From assembly GCA_964016885.1 (NCBI GenBank), contig OZ024743.1, positions 138,012,001-138,076,000 of the forward strand: a stretch of DNA of 64,000 nucleotides. The letters are read 5' to 3'. A program made the position numbers and the translations under genes. Within the stretch, counting starts at the first letter, position 1; the number at the start of each line of letters is the position of its first letter. Below, piece after piece: positions 12,771-22,529 of the stretch. This DNA is from Eledone cirrhosa. Lineage: Eukaryota. The notes below the pieces were generated by a model. It did no database searches. It was given only the letters and a program-made list of their open reading frames with translations, and was not told where the DNA came from.

Positions 12771-15700
12771 GTATTTTGTGCTTGGTGCTTGGTGTTTGGT
12801 GCTTGGTGCTTGGTGTTTGGTGCATGGTGCTTGGTGCCTGGTGTTTGGTCCTTGGTGCTTGGTGCTTGGTGCTTGGTGCTTGCTGTTTGGTGTTTGGTGT
12901 TTGGTTCTTGGTGCTTGGTGTTTGGTGTTTGGTGTTTGGTGCTTGGTGCTTGGTGCTTGGTGTTTGGTGCTTGGTGCTTGGTGGTTAGTGTTTGGTGATT
13001 GGTGCTTGGGGTTTGGTGTTTGGTGCTTGGTGTTTGGTGCTTGGTGCTTGCTGTTTGGTGTTTGGTTCTTGGTGCTTGGTGTTTGGTGTTTCGTGTTTGG
13101 TGTTTGGTGCTTGGTTCTTGGTGTTTGGTGCTTGGTGCTTGGTGCTTGGTGTTTGGTGCTGCGTGCTTGGTGTTTGGTGCTTGGTGTTTGGTGCTTGGTG
13201 CTTGGTGCTTGGTGCTTGGTGTTTGGTGATTGGTGCTTGGTGCTTGGTGCTTGGTGCTTGGTGTTAGGTGTTTGGTCCTTGGTGCTTGTTGTTTGGTGTT
13301 TTGTGCTTGGTGCTTGGCGTTTGGTGTTTGGTGCTAGGGGCTTGGTGCTTGATGCTTGGTGTTTGGTGCTTGGTGCTTGCTGTTTGGTGTTTGGTGCTTG
13401 GTGCCTGGGGCTTGTTGTTTGGTGTTTGGTGCTTAGTGCTTGGTGTTTGGTGTTTGGTGCTTGGTGCTTGGTGGCTGGTGCTTGGTGCTTGGTGTTTGGA
13501 GTTTGGTGCTTGGTGCTTGGTGCCTGGTGTTTCGTGCTTGGTGATTGGTGCTTGGTGTTTGGTGTTTGGTGTTTGGTGTTTGGTGTTTGGTACTTGGTGC
13601 TTGGTGCTTGGTGTTTGGTGCTTGGTGTTTGGTGATTGGTGCTTGGTGCTTGGTGCTTGGTGCTTGGTGTTAGGTGTTTGGTCCTTGGTGCTTGTTGTTT
13701 GGTGTTTTGTGCTTGGTGCTTGGCGTTTGGTGTTTGCTGCTAGGGGCTTGGTGCTTGATGCTTGGTGTTTGGTGCTTGGTGCTTGCTGTTTGGTGTTTGG
13801 TGCTTGGTGCGTGTGACTTAGTGTTTGGTGTTTGGTGCTTGGTGTCTGGTGCTTGGTGTTTGGTGCTTGGTGCTTGGTGTTTGGTGTTTGGTGCTTAGTG
13901 CTTGGGGCTTGGTGTTTGGTGCTTGGTGTTTGGTGTTTGGTGGTTGGTGCTTGGTGTTTGGCGCTTGGTGCTTGGTGCTTGGTGTTTGGTGCTTGGTGCT
14001 TGGTGCTTGGTGCTTGGTGATTAGTGTTTGGTGCTTGGTGCTTGGTGCCTGGTGCTTGGTGCTTGGTGCTTGTTGTTTGGTGCTTGGTGTTTGGTGCTTG
14101 GTGCTTGGTGCTGGGTGGTTGGTGTTTGGTGTTTGGTGCTTGGTGCTTGGTGCTTATTGTTTGGTGCTTGGTGCTTGGTGCTTGGTGCTTGGTCTTTGGT
14201 GCTTGGTGTTTGGTGTTTGGTACTTGGGGCCTGGTGTTTGGCGCTTGGTGCTTGGTGATTGGTGTTTGGTGCTTGGTGTTTGGTGCTTGGTGATTAGTGT
14301 TTGGTGCTTGGTGCTTGGTGCCTGGTGCTTGGTGCTTGGTGCTTGATGTTTGGTGCTTGGTGCTTGGTGATTAGTGTTTGGTGCTTGGTGCTTTGGGTTT
14401 GGTGTTTGGTGCTTGGGGTTTGGTGTTTGGTGCTTGGTGCTTGGTGTTTGGTGCTTGGTGCTTGGTGTTTGGTGCTTGGTGCTTTGTGTTTGGTGCTTGG
14501 TGTTTGGTGCTTGGTGCTTGGTGCTTGGTTCTTGGTGTTAGGTGTTTGGTGCTTGGTGATTGGTGTTTGATGTTAGGTTCTTGGTGCTTGGTGTTTGGTG
14601 TTTGGTGCTTGGTGCTTGGTGTTTGGTGTTTGGTGCTTGCTGCTTGGTGCTTGGTGTTTTGTGTTTGCAGTTTGGTGCTTGGTGTTTGGTGCTTCGGTCT
14701 TGGTGTTTGGTATTTGGTGCTTGGTGCCTGGGGCTTGTTGTTTGGTGTTTGGTGCTTAGTGCTTGGTGTTTGGTGTTTGGTGCTTGGTGCTTGGTGGCTG
14801 GTGCTTGGTGCTTGGTGTTTGCAGTTTGGTGCTTGGTGCTTGGTGCCTGGTGTTTCGTGCTTGGTGCTTGGTGCTTGGTGTTTGGTGTTTGGTGCTTGGT
14901 GTTTGGTGTTTGGTACTTGGTGCTTGGTGCTTGGTGTTTGGTGCTTGGTGTTTGGTGCTTGGTGCTTGGTGCTTGGTGCTTGGTGTTTGATGTTTGGTCC
15001 TTGGTGCTTGTTGTTTGGTGTTTGGTGCTTCGTGCTTGGTGTTTGGTGTTTGGTGCTTGCTGCTTGCTGCTTGGTGTTTGGTGCTTGGTGATTGGTGCTT
15101 GGTGTTTTGTGCTTGGTGCTTGGTGTTTGGTGTTTGCTGCTAGGGGCTTGGTGCTTGATGCTTGGTGTGTGGTGCTTGGTGCTTGCTGTTTGGTGTTTGG
15201 TGCTTGGTGCGTGGGACTTAGTGTTTGGTGTTTGGTGCTTGGTGTTTGGTGCTTGGTGTTTGGTGCTTGGTGCTTGGTGTTTGGTGTTTGGTGCTTGGTG
15301 CTTGGGGCTTGGTCTTTGGTGCTTAGTGTTTGGTGCTTGGTGTTTGGTGCTTGGTGCTTGGTGCCTGGTGTTTGGTGTTTGGTGTTTGGTGCTTGGTGTT
15401 TGGTGCTTGGTGCTTGGTGCTGGGTGGTTGGTGTTTGGTGTTTGGTGCTTGGTGCTTGGTCTTTGGTGCTTGGTGTTTGGTGTTTGGTGCTTGGTGCCTG
15501 GTGTTTGGCGCTTGGTGCTTGGTGCTTGGTGTTTGGTGCTTGGTGTTTGGTGCTTGGTGATTAGTGTTTGGTGCTTGGTGCTTGGTGCCTGGTGCTTGGT
15601 GCTTGGTGCTTGATGTTTGGTGCTTGGTGCTTAGTGATTAGTGTTTGGTGCTTGGTGCTTGGTGTTTGGTGCTTGGTGCTTGGTGTTTGGTGCTTGGTGC

Positions 15701-15957
15701 TTTGTGTTTGGTGCTTGGTGTTTGGTGCTTGGTGCTTGGTGCTTGGTGCTTGGTGTTAGGTGTTTGGTGCTTGATGATTGGTGTTTGATGTTAGGTTCTT
15801 GGTGATTGGTGTTTGGTGTTTGGTGCTTGGTGCTTGGTGTTTGGTGTTTGGTGCTTGCTGCTTGGTGCTTGGTGTTTTGTGTTTGGATTTTGGTGCTTGG
15901 TGTTTGGTGCTTCGGTCTTGGTGTTTGGTGTTTGGTGCTTGGTGCTTGGTGTTTGGT
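9571..15957 (+). repeat. ~3.2-kb tandem duplication: ~9571-12790 and ~12791-15957
   Basis: ORF pairs are offset by 3220 (9772/12992), 3227 (10041/13268, 11151/14378, 11865/15092) and 3185 (12383/15568, 12593/15778), so the offset changes only by whole units. Shared rare units include ttgcagt and ttcggtc (12726/15911). Confidence 0.9.
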
Positions 15958-18900
15958 GTTTGGTGCCTGGTGCTTGGTGTTCGGTGCTTGGTGTTTGGTG
16001 CTTGTTGTTTGGTGCTTGGTGCTTGGTGCTTGGTGTTAGGCGTTTGGTCCTTGGTGCTTGGTGTTTGTTGTTTGGTCCATTGTGCTTGGTGTTTGGTATT
16101 TTGTCCTTGGTGCTTGGTGTTTGGTGTTTGGTGCTTGGTGCTTGGTGTTTGGTGTTTGGTGCTTGCTGCTTGCTGCTTGGTGTTTGGTGCTAGGGGCTTG
16201 GTGCTTGGTGTTTCGTGTTTGGTGCTTGGTGCTTGGTGTTTGGTGTTTGGTGCTTGGTGCGTGGGACTTGGTGTTTGGTGCTTGGTGTTTGGTGCTTGGT
16301 GTTTGGTGCTTGGTGCCTGGTGCTTGGTGTTTGGTGTTTGGTGCTTGGTGTTTGGTGCTTGTTGTTTGGTGCTTGGTGTTCGGTGCTTGGTGCTTGGTGC
16401 TTGGTGCTTGGTGTTTGGTGTTTGGTGCTTGGTGCTTGGTGTTTGATGTTTGGTCCTTGGTGCTTGGTGTTTGGTATTGTGTGCTTGGTGCTTGGTGTTT
16501 GGCGTTTGCTGTTTGCTGTTTGGTGGTTGGTGTTTGCTGTTTGGTGTTTGCTGTTTGGTGTTTGGTGTTTGGTGCTTGCTGTTTGGTGCTTGGTGCTTGG
16601 TGTTTGGTGTTTGGTGCTTGGTGTTTGGTGCTTGGTGCTTGGTGCTGGGTGTTTGGTGCTTGGTGCTTGGTGTTTGGTGCTTGGTGCTTGGTGCTTGGTG
16701 TTTGGTCCTTGGTGCTTGGTGCTTGGTCTTTGGTGCTTGGGTTTTGGTGTTTGGTGCTTGGTGCTTGGTGTTTGGTGCTTGGTGCTTGGTGCTTGGTGTT
16801 TGGTGCTTGCTGCTTGGTGCTTGGTGTTTGGTGCTTGGTGCTTGGTGATTAGTGTTTGGTGATTGGTGCTTGGGGTTTGGTGTTTGGGGCTTGGTGTTTG
16901 GTGCTTGGTGCTTGCTGTTTGGTGTTTGGTGTTTGGTTCTTGGTGCTTGGTGTTTGGTATTTGGTGTTTGGTGCTTGGTGCTTGGTGCTTGGTTTTTGGT
17001 GCTTGGTGCTTGGTGCTTGGTGTTTGGTGCTGCGTGCTTGTTGTTTGGTGTTTGGTGCTTGGTGCCTGGGGCTTGTTGTTTGGTGTTTGGTGCTTAGTGC
17101 TTGGTGTTTGGTGTTTGGTGCTTGGTGCTTGGTGGCTGGTGCTTGGTGCTTGGTGTTTGGAGTTTGGTGCTTGGTGCTTGGTGTCTGGTGTTTCGTGCTT
17201 GGTGCTTGGTGCTTGGTGTTTGGTGTTTGGTGCTTGGTGTTTGGCGCTTGGTGATTGGTGCTTGGTGCTTGGTGTTTGGTGCTTGCTGCTTGGTGCTTGG
17301 TGTTTGGTGCTTGGTGCTTGGTGATTAGTGTTTGGTGATTGGTGCTTCGGGTTTGGTGTTTGGGGCTTGGTGTTTGGTGCTTGGTGCTTGCTGTTTGGTG
17401 ATTGGTGTTTGGTTCTTGGTGCTTGGTGTTTTGTGTTTGATGTTTGGTGCTTGGTGCTTGGTGCTTGGTGTTTGGTGCTTGGTGCTTGGTGCTTGGTGCT
17501 TGGTGTTTGGTGCTGCGTGCTTGGTGTTTGGTGTTTGGTGCTTGGTGCCTGGTGATTGTTGTTTGGTGTTTGGTGCTTAGTGCTTGGTGTTTGGTGTTTG
17601 GTGCTTGGTGCTTGGTGGCTAGTGTTTGGTGCTTGGTGTTTGGAGTTTGGTGCTTGGTGCTTGGTGCCTGGTGTTTCGTGCTTGGTGCTTGGTGCTTGGT
17701 GTTTGTTGTATGGTGCTTGGTGTTTGGTGTTTGGTACTTGGTGCTTGGTGCTTGGTGCTTGGTGTTTGGTGCTTGGTGTTTGATGCTGCGTGCTTGGTGT
17801 TTGGTGTTTGGTGCTTGGTGCTTGGTGTTTGGTGTTTGGAGCTTGGTGCCTGGTGCTTGTTGTTTGGTGTTTGGCGCTTGGTGCTTGGTGTTTGGTGTTT
17901 GGTGCTTGGTGCTTGGTGCTTGGTATCTGGTGTTTGGTGCTTGATGTTTGGTGTTTGGTGCTTGGTGTTTGGTGTTTGGTGCTTGGTGCTTGGTGTTTGG
18001 TGCTTGGTGTTTGGTGCTTGGTGTTTGATGCTTGGTGTTTGCTGCTTGGTGCTTTGTGCTTGGTGTTTTGTGTTTGGTGCTTGGTGCATGGAGTCTGGTG
18101 CTTGGTGCTTGGTGCTTGTTGTTTGGTGCTTGGTGCTTGGTGATTAGTGTTTGGTGCTTGGTGCTTGCGGTTTGGTGTTCGGTGCTTGGGGTTTGATGTT
18201 TGGTGCTTGGTGCTTGGTGTTTGGTGCTTGGTGCTTGGTGCTTGGTGTTTGGTGCTTGGTGCTTGGTGTTTGGTGCTTGGTGCTTGGTGTTTGGTGTTTG
18301 GCGTTTGCTGTTTGCTGTTTGGTGTTTGGTGTTTGCTGTTTGGTGCTTGGTGCTTGGTGTTTGGTGTTTGGTGTTTGGTGCTTGGTGCTTGGTGTTTGGT
18401 GCTTGGTGCTTGGTGCTGGGTGTTTGGTGCTTGGTGCTTGGTGTTTGGTTGTTGGTGCTTGGTGCTTGGTGTTTGGTCCTTGGTGCTTGGTGCTTGGTCT
18501 TTGGTGCTTGGGTTTTGGTGTTTGGTGCTTGGTGCTTGGTGTTTGGTGCTTGGTTCTTGGTGCTTGGTGCTTGGTGTTTGGTGATTGCTGCTTGGTGCTT
18601 GGTGTTTGGTGCTTGGTGCTTGGTGATTAGTGTTTGGTGATTGGTGCTTGGGGTTTGCTGTTTGGTGCTTGGTGTTTGGTGCTTGGTGCTTGCTGTTTGG
18701 TGTTTGGTGTTTGGTTCTTGTTGCTTGGTGTTTGGTGTTTGGTGTTTGGTGCTTGGTCCTTGGTGCTTGGTGTTTGGTGCTTGGTGCTTGGTGCTTGGTG
18801 TTTGGCGCTGCGTGCTTGGTGTTTGGTGTTTGGTGCTTGGTGCCTGGTGCTTGTTGTTTGGTGTTTGGTGCTTAGTGCATGGTGTTTGGTGTTTGGTGCT

Positions 18901-21900
18901 TGGTGCTTGGTGGCTGGTGCTTGGTGTTTGGTGTTTGGAGTTTGGTGCTTGGTGCTTGGTGCCTGGTGTTTCGTGCTTGGTGCTTGGTGCTTGGTGTTTG
19001 GTGTTTGGTGCTTGGTGCTTGGTGTTTGGTGTTTGGAGCTTGGTGCCTGCTGCTTGTTGTTTGGTGTTTGGTGCTTGGTGCTTGGTGTTTGGTGTTTGGT
19101 GCTTGGTGCTTGATGCTTGGTATCTGGTGTTTGGTGCTTGATGTTTGGTGTTTGGTGCTTGGTGCTTGGTGCTTGGTGTTTGGTGTTTGGTGCTTGGTGC
19201 TTGGTGTTTGGTGCTTGGTGTTTGGTGTTTGGTGTTTGATGCTTGGTGTTTGCTGCTTGGTGCTTGGTGCTTGGTGTTTGGTGTTTGGTGCTTGGTGCTT
19301 GGTGCCTGGTGCTTGGTGCTTGGTGCTTGTTGTTTGGTGCTTGGTGCTTGGTGCTTGGTGTTTGGTGCTTGGTGCTTGGTGCTTGGTGTTTGGTGCTTGG
19401 TGCTTGGTGTTTGGTGCTTGGTGCTTGGTGTTTGGTGCTTGGTGTTTGGTGCTTGGTGCTTGGTGCTTGGTGCTTGGTGTTAGGTGTTTGGTGCTTGGTG
19501 CTTGGTGTTTGATGTTTGGTCCTTGGTGCTTGGGGTTTGGTGTTTGGTGCTTGGTGCTTGGTGTTTGGTGTTTGGTGCTTGCTGCTTGCTGCTTGGTGTT
19601 TGGTGCTTGGTGATTGGTGCTTGGTGTTTTGTGCTTGGTGCTTGGTGTTTGGTGTTTGGTGCTAGGGGCTTGGTGCTTGGTGCTTGGTGTTTGGTGCTTG
19701 GTGCTTGCTGTTTGGTGTTTGGTGCTTGGTGCGTGGGACTTAGTGTTTGGTGTTTGGTGCTTGGTGTTTGGTGCTTGGTGTTTGGTGCTTGGTGTTTGGG
19801 GCTTGGTGTTCGGTGCTTGGTGCTTGGTGCTTGGGGCTTGGTGTTTGGTGCTTGGTGCTTGGTGCTTGGTGTTTGATGTTGGGTCCTTGGTGCTTGGTGT
19901 TTGGTGTTTGGTGCTGGTCTTTGGTGTTTGGTGCTTGGTGCTTGGTGTTTGGTGTTTGGTGCTTGGTGCTTGGGGCTTGGTGTTTGGTGCTTGGTGCTTG
20001 GTGTTTGGTGCTTCTGCTTGGGGCTTGGTAGTTGGTGCTTGGTGCTTGGTGCCTGGTGTTTGGTGTTTGGTGTTTGGTGCTTGGTGTATGGTGCTTGGTG
20101 CTTGGTGCTGGGTGGTTGGTGTTTGGTGCTTGGTGCTTGGTGTTTGGTGCTTGGTGCTTGGTGCTTGTTGTTTGGTGCTTGGTGCTTGGTGCTTGGTCTT
20201 TGGTGCATGGTGTTTGGTGTTTGGCGCTTGGTGCTTGGTGCTTCGTGATTAGTGCTTGGTGCTTGGTGCTTGGTGTTTGGTGCTTGGTGCTTGGTGATTA
20301 GTGTTTGTTGCTTGGTGCTTGGGGTTTGGTGGTTGGTGCTTGGTGCTTGGTGTTTGGTGTTTGGTGTTTGGTGTTTGCTGTTTGCTGTTTGGTGTCTGCT
20401 TTTTGGTGTTTGGTGTTTGCTGTATGGTGTTTGCTGTTTCGTATTTGGTTTTTTGCTGTTTGGTGTTTGGTGTTTGCTGTTTGGTGTTTGGTGTTTGGTG
20501 CTTGGTGCTTGGTGTTTGGCTTTGGTGCTTGGTGCTTGGTGTTTGGTGCTTGGTGCTTGGTGTTTGGTGCTTGGTGCTTGGTGCTTGTTGTTTGGTGCTT
20601 GGTGCTTGGTGCTTGGTCTTTAGTGCATGGTGTTTGGTGTTTGGTGCTTGGTGCCTGGTGCTTGTTGTATGGTGTTTGGTGCTTGGTGCTTGGTGTTTGG
20701 TGTTTGCTGCTTGGTGTCTGGTGTTTGGTGCTTGGTGTTTGGTGTTTGGTGCTTGGTGCTTGGTGCTTGGTGTTTGGTGTTTGGTGCTTGGTGCTTGGTG
20801 TTTGGTGTTTGGTGCTGGGTGCATGGAGTTTGGTGCTTGGTGCTTAGTGCTTGGTGTTTGGTGTTTGGTGCTTGGTATTTGGTGTTTGGTGTTTGATGCT
20901 TGGTGCGTGGTGCTTGGTGCTTGGTGTTTTGTGTTTGGTGCTTGGTGCTTGGTGCCTGGTGCTTGGTGCTTGGTGATTAGTGTTTGGTGCTTGGTGCTTG
21001 GTGTTTGGTGCTTGGTGTTTGGTGCTTGGTGCCTGGTGCTTGGTGTTTGGTGTTTGATGCTTGGTGTTTGGTGTTTGGTGTTTGGTACTTGGTGTTCGGT
21101 GCTTGGTGCTTGGTGCTTGGTGCTTGGTGTTTGGTGTTTGGTGCTTGGTGCTTGGTGTTTGATGTTTGGTCCTTGGTGCTTGGTGTTTGGTGTTGTGTGC
21201 TTGGTGCTTGGTGCTTGGTGTTTGGTGCTTGGTGCTTGGTGCTTGGTGTTTGGCGTTTGCTGTTTGCTGTTTGGTGTTTGGTGTTTGCTGTTTGGTGTTT
21301 GCTGTTTGGTGCTTGGTGCTTGGTGTTTGGTGTTTGGTGCTTGGTGTTTGGTGCTTGGTGCTTGGTGCTGGGTGTTTGGTGCTTGGTGCTTGGTGTTTGG
21401 TTCTTGGTGATTGGTGCTTGGTGTTTGGTCCTTGGTGCTTGGTGCTTGGTCTTTGGTGCTTGGGTTTTGGTGTTTGGTGCTTGGTGCTTGGTGTTTGGTG
21501 CTTGGTGTTTGGTGCTTGGTGCTTGGTTATTAGTGTTTGGTGATTGGTGCTTGGGGTTTGGTGTTTGGGGCTTGGTGTTTGGTGCTTAGTGCTTGCTGTT
21601 TGGTGTTTGGTGTTTGGTTCTTGGTGCTTGGTGTTTGGTGTTTGGTGTTTGGTGCTTGGTGCTTGGTGCTTGGTGTTTGGTGCTTGGTGCTTGGTGCTTG
21701 GTGTTTGGTGCTGCGTGTTTGGTGTTTGGTGTTTGGTGCTTGGTGCCTGGTGCTTGTTGTTTGGTGTTTGGTGCTTAGTGCTTGGTGTTTGGTGTTTGGT
21801 GCTTGGTGCTTGGTGGCTGGTGTTTGGTGCTTGGTGTTTGGAGTTTGGTGCTTGGTGCTTGGTGCCTGGTGTTTCGTGCTTGGTGCTTGGTGCTTGGTGT

Positions 21901-22529
21901 TTGATGTTTGGTGCTTGGTGTTTGGTGTTTGGTACTTGGTGCTTGGTGCTTGGTGCTTGGTGTTTGGTGCTTGGTGTTTGATGCTGCGTGCTTGGTGTTT
22001 GGTGTTTGGTGCTTGGTGCTTGGTGTTTGGTGTTTGGAGCTTGGTGCCTGGTGCTTGTTGTTTGGTGTTTGGCGCTTGGTGCTTGGTGTTTGGTGTTTGG
22101 CGCTTGGTGCTTGGTGTTTGGTGTTTGGTGCTTGGTGCTTGGTGCTTGGTATCTGGTGTTTGGTGCTTGATGTTTGGTGTTTGGTGCTTGGTGTTTGGTG
22201 TTTGGTGCTTGGTGTTTGGTGCTTGGTGTTTGGTGTTTGGTGTTTGATGCTTGGTGTTTGCTGCTTGGTGCTTGGTGCTTGGTGTTTTGTGTTTGGTGCT
22301 TGGTGCTTGGTGCCTGGTGCTTGGTGCTTGGTGCTTGTTGTTTGGTTCTTGGTGCTTGGTGATTAGTGTTTGGTGGTTGGTGCTTGCTTTTTGGTGTCTG
22401 GTGTTCGGTTCTTGGTGCTTGGTGTATGGTGTTTAGTGTCTGGTGCTTGGTGCTTGGTGTTTGGTGTTTGGTGTTTGGTACTTGGTGTTCGGTGCTTGGT
22501 GCTTGGTGCTTGGTGCTTGGTGTTTGGTG

